A stretch of DNA of 64,000 bases from an uncultured Pseudomonadota bacterium (lineage in GTDB: Bacteria; Myxococcota_A; Polyangia; Fen-1088). The DNA is taken from assembly GCA_963847705.1 (NCBI GenBank), contig CAWKBC010000040.1, positions 96,001 to 160,000 on the forward strand, in the 5' to 3' direction. The notes beneath the pieces are model-generated. The model saw only the letters and a program-made list of their open reading frames with translations. It was not told the origin of the DNA and did not search any database. A program made the translations under genes and the position numbers. Below are positions 39,314 to 51,524 of the stretch, piece by piece; within the stretch, counting starts at the first letter, position 1, and every line of letters starts with the position of its first letter.

Positions 39314-41314
39314 ATGTCCCTCAACTCGGTCAGCATCCTGGACGGCAACTCCTTCGTGGTGAGCGATCGGCGCGGCGACATCGAGGCCAGCCCGGTCGAC
39401 ACCCAGGGGCTGTTTCTCGACGACACCCGCTTCCTCTCCCGCTGGGTCCTGACCGTCAACGGACTTCGCCCTTCGGTGCTGTCGGTCGACGAGCAGGAGT
39501 ACTTTCAGGTGCAGTTCTTCGAGGCGGTCACCACCGGCACCATCTACGTCGACTCTCATCTCTCGGTCGCCCGCAAGCGCGCCGTGAGCAAGGGGTTTCA
39601 TGAGGAGATCCTGCTGGAGAACCACGACAAGGAGGCGATCGACCTCGACATCAGGCTGGACGCGGGCTGCGACTTCGCCGATCTGTTCGAGGTGAAGGAC
39701 AAGCTGGCCAAGAAGGGACAGCTCTACACCAAGGCCACCAACGATCGGCTGACCCTGGGGTACAAGCGGGAAGGCTTCGTGCGCGAGACGTACATCTCGG
39801 CCAGCCAGAAGGCCGATTTCTCCGAGGACGGTCTCCGTTTTCACGTTCACCTGCCGCCGCGCACCTCCTGGACCGTCTCCGTCGACGTGACGGCCTCCGC
39901 GCGCGCCACCGGCGACGTGCCGATGCGCACCAAGGCCAACGTCGACGCCTGGGTGAGCGCCGCTCCCCGGCTGGTCTGTTCCTGGGAGCCGCTGCAGCAG
40001 ATCTACCGGCGCAGCCTGGTGGACATGGCGGCCTTGCGGTTCCGGACCGGAATCACCCCCGGCGCGCTGCCGGCGGCGGGGCTCCCCTGGTTCATGGCGG
40101 TGTTCGGGCGCGACAGCCTGATCACCAGCTTTCAGGCCATCCCTTTCGCGCCCGAGCTGGCATCGTCGACGTTGCGCACCCTGGCCCTCTTCCAGGGGCG
40201 GGTGGAGGATCCGTTCCGCGACGAGGAGCCCGGGAAGATCCTGCACGAGCTGCGCCTCGGCGAGATGACCGCCTTCGAGGAGCGCCCGCAGTCGCCCTAC
40301 TACGGCGCGGCCGACAGCACGATGCTGTTCCTCATCGTGCTCGAGGAGTACGTCCGCTGGACGGGAGATCGCGCTCTCGCCAAGGAGCTCGAGCGCGAGG
40401 CGCGCGCCGCGGTCGCCTGGATCGATCGCTACGGCGATCGCGACCACGACGGCTTCGTGGAATACAAGCGCGGCAACGACCAGACCGGCCTCGACAACCA
40501 GTGCTGGAAGGACTCCTGGGATTCGATCGCCTTCGCCGACGGGACGATCGCGCCGCTGCCACGCGCCACCTGCGAGCTGCAGGGCTACGTCTACGACGCC
40601 AAGCTTCGGACGGCCCGGCTGGCGCGTGAGGTGTGGAACGATCCGGCCTGGGCCAAGCAACTGGAGACGCAGGCCCTCGAGCTCAAGAAGCGGTTCAACC
40701 AGGAGTTCTGGATTCCCGAGCGGAACTTCTTCGCGCTGGCGCTCGACGGACAGAAGCGCAAGGTCGACTCCCTCACCTCGAACATCGGCCACCTGCTCTG
40801 GAGCGGCATCGCCGACGACGAGAAGGCCGCCAGCTGCGTCAAACACCTGATGAGCGACGCGCTGTTCTCCGGCTGGGGGATCCGCACCATGGCCAGCAGC
40901 GAGAACTCTTACAACCCGATCGGGTACCACGTCGGCACGGTCTGGCCGCACGACAACTCGTTCATCGCCTGGGGGCTGCGCCAGATGGGCTACCGCGCCG
41001 AGGCGGCCCGCATCTCGCGCGCCATGCTGGAGGCGGCCAATCTGTTCGGAGGCCGACTCCCGGAGGCGTTCGGCGGCTATCCCCGTGCGGACACCCACTA
41101 CCCGGTCGAGTACCCGACGGCGTGCAGCCCGCAGGCCTGGGCGACCGGTGCACCGCTGCTGCTCATCCGCACGCTCCTCGGCCTGGAGTCCGACGGCACC
41201 CACCTGATCGTCGACCCGGCCATCCCCGAACCGCTGGGGCGGATCGAGCTGCTCGACATCCCCGGCTGCTGGGGGCGCATGGACGCCTTCGGCCGTGCGC
41301 GCGCGGCCGACTGA
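39314..41314 (+). CDS. Amylo-alpha-1,6-glucosidase / glycogen-debranching-type glycosidase
   Basis: DTRFLSR, AAGLPWFMAVFGRDSL, EEPGKILHE, WKDS, YHVGTVWPHDN, ACSPQAW. Confidence 0.9.
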   Translation: MSLNSVSILDGNSFVVSDRRGDIEASPVDTQGLFLDDTRFLSRWVLTVNGLRPSVLSVDEQEYFQVQFFEAVTTGTIYVDSHLSVARKRAVSKGFHEEILLENHDKEAIDLDIRLDAGCDFADLFEVKDKLAKKGQLYTKATNDRLTLGYKREGFVRETYISASQKADFSEDGLRFHVHLPPRTSWTVSVDVTASARATGDVPMRTKANVDAWVSAAPRLVCSWEPLQQIYRRSLVDMAALRFRTGITPGALPAAGLPWFMAVFGRDSLITSFQAIPFAPELASSTLRTLALFQGRVEDPFRDEEPGKILHELRLGEMTAFEERPQSPYYGAADSTMLFLIVLEEYVRWTGDRALAKELEREARAAVAWIDRYGDRDHDGFVEYKRGNDQTGLDNQCWKDSWDSIAFADGTIAPLPRATCELQGYVYDAKLRTARLAREVWNDPAWAKQLETQALELKKRFNQEFWIPERNFFALALDGQKRKVDSLTSNIGHLLWSGIADDEKAASCVKHLMSDALFSGWGIRTMASSENSYNPIGYHVGTVWPHDNSFIAWGLRQMGYRAEAARISRAMLEAANLFGGRLPEAFGGYPRADTHYPVEYPTACSPQAWATGAPLLLIRTLLGLESDGTHLIVDPAIPEPLGRIELLDIPGCWGRMDAFGRARAAD

Positions 41315-41439
41315 CCGCAGCCGTGCCTGGGCCGCCGATCGAGCGAGCGAGCGACCGCGCCTCGCCTTTCAGCGTTCGACTCACGGGCGCGCCGCGCGCG
41401 GTGTGGGCCGCGGGAGTTAGTTTGTTCGAGAGGTGTGAC

Positions 41440-42033
41440 ATGACCAGCCGGACGAGAAGACTCGGGATGAGCATCGCGCTCGCGGGCGGACTGCTGACGC
41501 TCGCAGTTTGGAGCCACCTGTCGCGGGCCCAATCGGCCATGCCGCCGTCGAGGGCGCGCCGGCTGCACGAGACGGTGGTGGTGAGTGGCATCGATCGCAC
41601 CCTCCGGACGGTGACGCTGGTGAACGCCGACGGTGACGCGCGGACGGTGGGGGTGCCACCCGACCTGAGCTCATTCGACACCCTCAAGGTCGGCGATCAC
41701 GTGGACGTCGACTACTACGAGTCGATCGGCCTCGCGCTGATGCCAGCCGGGTCGAAGGCGAGCATGAGCGAGACCACCACCGGCGGGCGCACCGCTGAGC
41801 CCGGCGGCGCGGCGGTCGGGCGTCAGATCACCGCGACCGTCGAGGTGGTCGGCGTCGACGAGGTGATGAACCGCCTGACCTTCAAGGGCCCCAAGGGGAA
41901 CGTCCGGACGGTGACCGTCTTCGATCCAGCGATGCAGAAGAAGCTGACCGACCTCCAACCCGGCCAGATGGTGCAGATCGTCTACCGGGAGGCGATCGCG
42001 GCGTCGATCAAGCCGACCCCGTCAGCTCGGTAG
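41440..42033 (+). CDS. Exported protein with two internal OB-fold-like repeats
   Basis: Signal peptide; 'IDRTLRTVTL..LKVGDHVDVDYYE' and 'VDEVMNRLTF..LQPGQMVQIVYRE'. Confidence 0.65.
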   Translation: MTSRTRRLGMSIALAGGLLTLAVWSHLSRAQSAMPPSRARRLHETVVVSGIDRTLRTVTLVNADGDARTVGVPPDLSSFDTLKVGDHVDVDYYESIGLALMPAGSKASMSETTTGGRTAEPGGAAVGRQITATVEVVGVDEVMNRLTFKGPKGNVRTVTVFDPAMQKKLTDLQPGQMVQIVYREAIAASIKPTPSAR

Positions 42034-42046
42034 CCGCCCGAACGGG

Positions 42047-42445
42047 ATGGGCCTCCCCGAGGACGACGTCGCCCTCCTCGGCGAGCTGGCGAGCGCGCTT
42101 CATCAGGCGACCCTGCCGGCCGACGTCGTGGAAGAACGGCTGGCGGCCGTCGCCCGGCGCCTCGGCATGGAGGGGGAGTTCTTCACGCTCCAGAGCTTCG
42201 TGGCGATGGAGCTCCACGCCGACGGGGGCACCACTGTTTCCGTGGGGCGGTTGCAGCTGGCGCCCGGATTCCTGGGCACGCGGGTCATCCTGCATCTGCT
42301 GAGGCCGCACGAGTCGGCCGTGGGCGCGGCCGACGGTTTCCTGCAGATCTTCGTGATCGCCCTGCAGCTCGGGATCGGCCTGCTGGTGGCCGACCTCCTG
42401 TTTCGACGACGCCGCACGCCGGCCGAGGGGGCAAAGCCGAGCTAG
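42047..42445 (+). pseudogene. Internally deleted ThrE-like (threonine/serine exporter) gene
   Basis: ThrE-like N-terminus (ALHQ..VEERL..RLGMEGEFF) joined near 42250 to a ThrE-like C-terminus (LAPG..ALQLGIGLLVA); only 132 aa. Confidence 0.5.
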
Positions 42446-42462
42446 CCGCTCTGCCCGGACGC

Positions 42463-43296
42463 TCAGGTGGTGCGGGTGCGCAGCACTTGGGCATGCCCGC
42501 GTTGAGACCAGAGCCAGTGACTGAGGAGGCCCATCAGCAGACCGATCAGTCCGGCGAAGATGAGCAGCGCCCAGCCAATCGTCTGACGGAGCCCCGCCGA
42601 AAAACCGATCGCGGCCGACTGGCTCATGCTGGCGATCTGACGGTTGACGCAGGCGACGGCATCGGGACCGCGGCAGCCTGGGAAGAGGTCATGCAGCTGG
42701 TCGAGGGCGCTCCCCACCATCGCGGCCGAAACGTTCTTGCCCGTGCCGGTGAGGCTGGCTGCCAGCGGCCCCTCGCCGTGCCGGCCCAGATCGGCGACCA
42801 GGCCGCGGACGGCGTCGTCGACCGCCGTCCGCGCGACCTGCCCCACGAGCAGCGCGATCGGGCCGACGCCGGGTTGGCCCGCGACGCCGGCCCCTTCACC
42901 GCCCGGGCCCGTGGTGGCGACTCGAAGTGCGCTGGTGACCGCTTCCGCGACCGCACCGTTGACGACCTGCTGAATCCTCTCCCGCTGGGCGGGTGCGTCG
43001 AGGGCGGCCACGCTTCCTTCGATCGCCTGCTCCGCCACCATGTTGACGAGGTGCTGGAGGCGCTCGCGCTGCTGGGGTGCGTCGAGGGTGGCCAGCGCGC
43101 CTTCCGTCACCCGCTCGGCGAAGACGCGACTGACTTGCCTGCTCGGATCGTCGGCGGTCGCTTCCTGACTGGTGGCCACCTGCTGGGCGGCGCCCATGGC
43201 GGCGTTCTTTCCCATCTGATGTGCGCAGGCGTTCGCCAGCAGAACGAGCGTGGCCACCGACCCCCACGCGATCCCAGGAGAGCGATTCGATTTCAT
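42463..43296 (-). CDS. Hypothetical lipoprotein with internal repeat and C-terminal TM helix
   Basis: Lipobox-like ANAC; repeats LDAPQQRERLQ / LDAPAQRERIQ. Confidence 0.6.
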   Translation of the reverse strand: MKSNRSPGIAWGSVATLVLLANACAHQMGKNAAMGAAQQVATSQEATADDPSRQVSRVFAERVTEGALATLDAPQQRERLQHLVNMVAEQAIEGSVAALDAPAQRERIQQVVNGAVAEAVTSALRVATTGPGGEGAGVAGQPGVGPIALLVGQVARTAVDDAVRGLVADLGRHGEGPLAASLTGTGKNVSAAMVGSALDQLHDLFPGCRGPDAVACVNRQIASMSQSAAIGFSAGLRQTIGWALLIFAGLIGLLMGLLSHWLWSQRGHAQVLRTRTT

Positions 43297-43519
43297 CCGC
43301 ACTTCACCGCGTCGTCCGCCTGCGCCGGCCGGACAGTCCCGAATCGAGGTTCCATCAACATGAATGGTGGGCTCGACGTCCTGGGATGGCCCTGAGAAAA
43401 CCATGTAATCGCCACCCAGGACGGGCGCGGCGCACGGCGGTCCCTGTGCGGCGTTTTCGTATTCGGTTCGACCTCGGCCCGTTCGGTCCCAGATTCGGGA
43501 TCAGGGAGGTACGAGCACC

Positions 43520-44698
43520 ATGCGCAACAACGTCAACAGAGTGTGGCGAGGGGTGATAGCCGCCGCTCCGCTTTCAGTCTTGATGGTGGGCGGCTTGGCA
43601 ATGGCTGAGCCGATGGAAGGAGCGAGCTCCGGAGAGACCGCGGCAGCGCCCGTCTGCAAGGACTCGGGCGTCACGGTCAACTTCGGCAACGGCTCGTCGG
43701 AGATTGACAGGAACGGGAAGGGCGCGCTGAGCGGCGTCGCCACCTGGGTCCAAAACGGCGATCAACGCACGGTGCACCTCGAGGGATTCACCTCCAAGAC
43801 CGGCGGCGCGACGGCCAACCAGCGCCTGAGCGAACGCCGCGCGCAGGCGGCCGAGGACTTCCTGGTCGAGAAGGGGGTGCCGACGGATCGCATCAGCGTG
43901 ATCGGCCACGGCGAGGACACCGCGCCGGTCACCAACGCGGACGCGCGGGTCGTGAAGGTCAAGACCTGCGACGTCCCCAAGCAGGTGGCCGAAGCGACCC
44001 CGCCTCCGGAGCCGGAGCCGATCGCGCCGCCGGAGCCGGTCCCGCCGCCGGAGCCGGTCGCACCGCCCCCGTCGGCGGTCGTCATCGTGCCGCCGGTGGC
44101 CCCGGCGCCGCCGCCCGCGCCGATGTACGAGCCGGTGCCACCGCCCGCGCCGGAGGCCCATCATGGCGGGCCGTCCTCGAGGATCGGCATCGAGGCGTTG
44201 GTCGGCGGTGGCGCCGTCGGCTTCATCGACAGCGCGGTGCGGAACACGGTCAACACCGGTGGAACCTGGGATGCCCGCCTCACCTTCGGGTCGCGCCTCC
44301 CCATCGCCATCGAGGGGGCCTACGTCGGCTCGGCCCAGACCATCGAGGCGCTGGGGTTGTCGACCAACAGCCGCCTCATCGGAAACGGCGTCGAGGGTGA
44401 TCTGCGGCTGAACTTCACGAACTACATGGTGCAGCCGTACGTCTTCGGCGGGGCGGGCTTCACCCACTACCAGATCACCAACACCGCCACCAACACCTCG
44501 AGCGTCCTCAGCACGGATGACGTGGGGACGGTCCCGCTCGGCGCCGGCATCTCGATCCGGCCCACCAAGGCGTTCCTCATCGACGTGCGCGGAACCTACC
44601 GGGCCGTCTTCAACGACACGATGTTCGATCGCATCACCAACAGCAACAACTCGATGCAGAACTGGGGCGCGATCGGTCGCGTCGGCTTCGAGTTCTAG
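43520..44698 (+). CDS. OmpA-like domain + Pro-rich linker + C-terminal beta-barrel protein
   Basis: GGAGG RBS; NQRLSERRAQA..GHGE; PEP repeats; barrel ending VGFEF. Confidence 0.8.
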   Translation: MRNNVNRVWRGVIAAAPLSVLMVGGLAMAEPMEGASSGETAAAPVCKDSGVTVNFGNGSSEIDRNGKGALSGVATWVQNGDQRTVHLEGFTSKTGGATANQRLSERRAQAAEDFLVEKGVPTDRISVIGHGEDTAPVTNADARVVKVKTCDVPKQVAEATPPPEPEPIAPPEPVPPPEPVAPPPSAVVIVPPVAPAPPPAPMYEPVPPPAPEAHHGGPSSRIGIEALVGGGAVGFIDSAVRNTVNTGGTWDARLTFGSRLPIAIEGAYVGSAQTIEALGLSTNSRLIGNGVEGDLRLNFTNYMVQPYVFGGAGFTHYQITNTATNTSSVLSTDDVGTVPLGAGISIRPTKAFLIDVRGTYRAVFNDTMFDRITNSNNSMQNWGAIGRVGFEF

Positions 44699-44714
44699 CC
44701 CGATGCCGGGGCGA

Positions 44715-44752
44715 CGGGCGCCGCGCGGAACTGCTCCCTCACGCGGCGCCCG
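44715..44752. terminator. GC-rich hairpin between convergent genes
   Basis: CGGGCGCCGCG / CGCGGCGCCCG 11-bp inverted repeat; no U-tract. Confidence 0.25.
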
Positions 44753-44777
44753 GAGCCTCGGCTCTCTTCCATCTGTC

Positions 44778-47531
<2,754 letters not shown>

Positions 47532-47673
47532 CTGGTGGCGCCTCCTCGGCAGTGAAGCTGACGCCGCGGGCAGGCGCGGCAACCGATGGTCGCGCCCGCC
47601 TCGCCCTGAATGCGTTGCGCACTTACAGCGACGGACGTTGCGGCGACGGTCCGACGGATTCACGTTGTGGTGC

Positions 47674-48810
47674 GTGTCGACGGAACAGGAACCGGCGGCA
47701 CGCATCTTGGTGGTCGAGGACGATCCCGAGGCGCGCGCCACGTTCGATCTGCTGCTGGGTACGCGTTGGACCGTGACACTCGCCGAGCGGGGCGACCAGG
47801 GGCGGGATCGGGCGCTCGGCTCGGCCTTCGATCTGGTGATCGCCAACGTGCAGATGCCTGGTCTGAGCGGCATCGAGCTGGCGCGGCAGCTGCGCGCCGA
47901 ACGGGCGACGCAGGACGTGCCGCTCATCCTGATGTCCCGCACCGCAGGGCAACGCGAGACGATCGCCGGTCTCGAGGCCGGGGCCGACGACTTCCTGGTC
48001 AAACCGTTCTCCGGCCGGGAGCTGCTGGTGCGGGTTCAGACGCGGCTCGAGCTGACCTCCATGCGCCGGCGAAACGCGCAGCAGGAGGAGGCGCTCGCCA
48101 GCCTCCAGCGGACGCTCCGCGTGCGGGACGAGTTCCTCTCCGCCGCCTCGCACGAGCTGCGGACGCCGATCACCACCTTGAGCCTGCAGACCGACGGCTT
48201 GCTGGCCTCGGCCGAGTCAACCAACGGGCACAGCTCGCCGGTCAACGATCGTCTGCGGCGCCGGCTCTCGGCGATCCGCCGGCAGGTGGTGCGCCTCAAC
48301 CAGCTCGTCGATCAGCTGCTGGATGTTTCTCAGTTCGTGGAAGGGCGGCTCGACCTGCGCCCGGAGGAGATCGATCTGCAGTCGCTGGTGATCGAGGCGA
48401 TCGAGCTGATGCGCGACTCCGCGGTCAGCGCCGGCTCGCCGGTGCTGTTCCGGATGCGCAACGAGGTGGTCGGGCACTGGGACCGGCTCCGGCTCGGTCA
48501 GGTGGTCACCAACCTGCTCTCCAACGCCATCAAGTTCGGGTGCGGCCGCCCCATCGAGGTCGAGCTGGACGCGGACTCCGCCTTCGCGCGGCTCGAGGTC
48601 AAGGACTCCGGCGAGGGAATCCCGACGCAGGAGCAGGATCGCATCTTCGAGCGGTTCGAACGGGCGACCACGGTCAGGCGCCACCCCGGCCTCGGCCTGG
48701 GGCTCTGGATCTGCAAGCAGATCGTCGACGCCTGCCACGGAACGATCACCGTGGCCAGCGAGCCGGGCCAGGGGTCGACCTTCAGCGTCGAGCTCCCGAG
48801 GGCCTCGTGA
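47674..48810 (+). CDS. REC-HisKA-HATPase hybrid kinase; receiver lacks the phosphoacceptor Asp
   Basis: VVEDD, DLVIANVQMP, KPF; HELRTP, NLLSNAIKF, GLGLGL; start uncertain. Confidence 0.85.
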   Translation: MSTEQEPAARILVVEDDPEARATFDLLLGTRWTVTLAERGDQGRDRALGSAFDLVIANVQMPGLSGIELARQLRAERATQDVPLILMSRTAGQRETIAGLEAGADDFLVKPFSGRELLVRVQTRLELTSMRRRNAQQEEALASLQRTLRVRDEFLSAASHELRTPITTLSLQTDGLLASAESTNGHSSPVNDRLRRRLSAIRRQVVRLNQLVDQLLDVSQFVEGRLDLRPEEIDLQSLVIEAIELMRDSAVSAGSPVLFRMRNEVVGHWDRLRLGQVVTNLLSNAIKFGCGRPIEVELDADSAFARLEVKDSGEGIPTQEQDRIFERFERATTVRRHPGLGLGLWICKQIVDACHGTITVASEPGQGSTFSVELPRAS

Positions 48811-49175
48811 ACGAGCGCCCGCGCCTCCTCATCGTCGATGACGACGTCGAGCTGTGCGAGAGCATGGCGGACGCGCTGACCGATGCGGGGTACGAGGCGG
48901 TGACCGCGCACGACGGCCGCCGCGCCTGGCGCCTGTCCCGCCACGGGCCGCCGCCCTGCCTCATCCTGCTCGACCTGATGATGCCCGAGATGACGGGATG
49001 GCAGTTCCGCGAGCGACAACTCCGCGACCAACGGACCCGAAACATCCCGGTCGTCATCATGACCGCCAGCCGCGAAGCCCGACGCGATCCGACGGCCGCC
49101 GGGCCGCTTCTGTTGAAGCCGTTCACTCTCGACGAGCTCCTCGACCAGGTGGAGTCGGTCGTCGATCCAGACTAG
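48807..49175 (+). CDS. Single-domain response regulator
   Basis: GTG overlapping upstream stop; IVDDD, LLDLMMP, MTA, KPF. Confidence 0.88.
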   Translation: MNERPRLLIVDDDVELCESMADALTDAGYEAVTAHDGRRAWRLSRHGPPPCLILLDLMMPEMTGWQFRERQLRDQRTRNIPVVIMTASREARRDPTAAGPLLLKPFTLDELLDQVESVVDPD

Positions 49176-49314
49176 CCCGATCCTCCCTGTCGGCATCCCA
49201 GATGACTGCTCCTCCCGTCGGTGGTGAACCTATCGACCGCGAGGAGAATCAGCTATTGCCTGTACAGACGCTCTGCGGGTCCGCCTTACTATCGCCCCTG
49301 TGGATGAAATGGCG

Positions 49315-50487
49315 TCAGCAGGTGATCTGGAGGGGAAGCTCCACGACAAACGTTGCACCCGATCCGGGAAGACTGTCCACGCGGACGGCGCCGCCCAGCT
49401 GCTCGACGATGCCGCGCACGATGAAGAGACCGAGGCCCAGCCCGTCGCGCTGACCGATCAAGGTCCCGCGCTTGAACGGTTCGAAGATGCTCTCTCGGAG
49501 GTCCGGCTCGATCCCCACCCCTTGGTCGCTGACCGCCATCCAGGCCACCTCGCGCTGAGCGTCGGCGCCCGCCCGGATCACCACGGGGCGACCCTGTCCG
49601 TATTTGACCGCGTTCGCCAACAGGTTCGAGACGACCTGATCGAGTCGACCGCGGTCCCAACGTCCAACGACCGGTCCGTCGAGCTCGACGTTCAGGGTCG
49701 AGCCTGTGTCGATCGTTTGCGCCTCCATCAGCGTGCTCACGTCACGTATGACGTCGCACAGATCGAAGGACGACAGGTCGAGCGCCAGCTGCCCTGTGCG
49801 GATCCGTCCGAGATCGAGCAGGTCGTCGATCAACCTCGTGATCTTGCGCTCGCCCCTGGACATGATCTCCAGCATGCGGACCGCTTGCGGGGCCATCGCG
49901 CCGCCGTTCCGTTCCAGCGTTTGGAGGCAGAAGCGAACCGAGCAAAGCGGATTGCGGAGCTCGTGGGCGGCGATCGAAATCAGCCGCTCGCGGTCCCCCA
50001 GCGCCGCTGCCATGCTCATGTGTTCCCGCGCATTGCAGATGGCCAGCGACAACCGATCCCCCAGCTCCTGAGCGAGCGACAGGTCGGCCGCAGTGTGAGC
50101 CACCCCGTCGTTCCTGGCGAAACTGAGCACACCGAAACGGTCTCTCCGCATCCCGATCGGCACGCTGAGCCGCGAGCGATCTCCGTCCAGGAAGATTTCG
50201 CCCCGAACCGTCGAGACCAGCTCGGCGGGCGTCTCCAACCAGGCGTCGGGCGAGGTGCGGACCTCCAGAATCCGGGTTGGAAGCCCCTCGGAGATGCGAT
50301 CCACTGTGCAGACGTCACCCAGCACCCCCAGCGACGAGCGACCGACAGCCTCGATCATCGGCTCGATCTCCAGGGAAACGAAATGCCGACTTACGTTGGC
50401 GAGAAACGCCGCATGTGTCGTTACGTTTCGGCTCGCCGATATCCTTTGAGCGGTTCGCATTGTCCCTCCGTCGCCTCCGATCCTCAC
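49315..50487 (-). CDS. Cytoplasmic histidine kinase with GAF-like domain
   Basis: GAF-like 'LSVPI..FGVLSF..DLSLAQEL'; HELRNPL, NLLANAVKY, GLGLGL. Confidence 0.88.
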   Translation of the reverse strand: MRIGGDGGTMRTAQRISASRNVTTHAAFLANVSRHFVSLEIEPMIEAVGRSSLGVLGDVCTVDRISEGLPTRILEVRTSPDAWLETPAELVSTVRGEIFLDGDRSRLSVPIGMRRDRFGVLSFARNDGVAHTAADLSLAQELGDRLSLAICNAREHMSMAAALGDRERLISIAAHELRNPLCSVRFCLQTLERNGGAMAPQAVRMLEIMSRGERKITRLIDDLLDLGRIRTGQLALDLSSFDLCDVIRDVSTLMEAQTIDTGSTLNVELDGPVVGRWDRGRLDQVVSNLLANAVKYGQGRPVVIRAGADAQREVAWMAVSDQGVGIEPDLRESIFEPFKRGTLIGQRDGLGLGLFIVRGIVEQLGGAVRVDSLPGSGATFVVELPLQITC

Positions 50488-50816
50488 TCGGCTACATGCC
50501 AGATCGCACCGTCGATCGCTAGCCTAGAAACGGAGCGCCGTCCGCGCCTTCCGTTGTTTGGGGCGATCCCTTACCGGCCTGTTTCGCGACGGACAACGTT
50601 TGGCGAAATTAGACAACAGGCCTCTCCCCGTTGTACAACCTTGTTTGACGGGGTCGCGTCTCTCGGGGTTCGCAGGGGCGGGAGGGGCGGAACAGCGGAA
50701 GACGTGAAACGAATCTCAGCGGAGGCGAGTCGTTGGTGGCGGGTTCGGTCGGCCGAACGATCACTCCGCCGTGGGTCGGAGCGAGCGCCGGAGCCGGCGC
50801 CGCAGAAAGACCGGCC

Positions 50817-51524
50817 GTGACGAAGATCTTCCTGGTCGAGGATCACCCGCTGTTCCGGATGGGGGTCCGTCAGAGCCTGGCCACCTACGCCGAGTTCTCG
50901 GTCATCGGTGAGGCCGGCAACGCGCGCGATGCGTTCGTGGCCATCGATGCGCATCCCCCCGACATCGTGGTCATGGACGTCCAGCTCCCGGGAATGGATG
51001 GCGTCATCGCGACACGCGAAATCCGGAGGCGCGCCCCGAAGACACGGGTCTTGCTGCTCTCGGTCCACGACCAGATCAGCGACGTCCTCGAGGCCCTCGA
51101 CGCTGGCGCAGCCGGATACGCTCTCAAGACGGAAGGGACGGAGGCCCTGGTGGCGGCGCTCCGGACGATCATCCGGAACGATCGCTACGTCGCGCCCAGC
51201 CTGGCCGCGCTGCTCGGCAGCTACGAATCGAGACGGAAGAAGCCGCTCGACACACTCTCGATCCTCTCCCTGCGGGAGCGAGAGGTGTTTCGGCTGGCCG
51301 CCGACTGCCTGCTGACCCGAGAGATCGCGCGTGAGCTGTGCATTTCGCGAAAAACGGTCGACACGCACCTCTATCGGATTCACCGAAAGCTGGGGCTGCG
51401 CACTTCGGCAGAGTTGGTCAGACTGGCTTGCAACCTGGGCCTCGTCCGGCGCGGCGGCGCCCGGGATTCTCTGGTCGGCGACGCGCCGCAGGCGCTCGTC
51501 AGTGAGGGGATGGAGGGAGCATAG
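50817..51524 (+). CDS. NarL/LuxR-family DNA-binding response regulator
   Basis: LVEDH, VMDVQLPGMDG, LSLREREVF, IARELCISRKTVDTH. Confidence 0.92.
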   Translation: MTKIFLVEDHPLFRMGVRQSLATYAEFSVIGEAGNARDAFVAIDAHPPDIVVMDVQLPGMDGVIATREIRRRAPKTRVLLLSVHDQISDVLEALDAGAAGYALKTEGTEALVAALRTIIRNDRYVAPSLAALLGSYESRRKKPLDTLSILSLREREVFRLAADCLLTREIARELCISRKTVDTHLYRIHRKLGLRTSAELVRLACNLGLVRRGGARDSLVGDAPQALVSEGMEGA

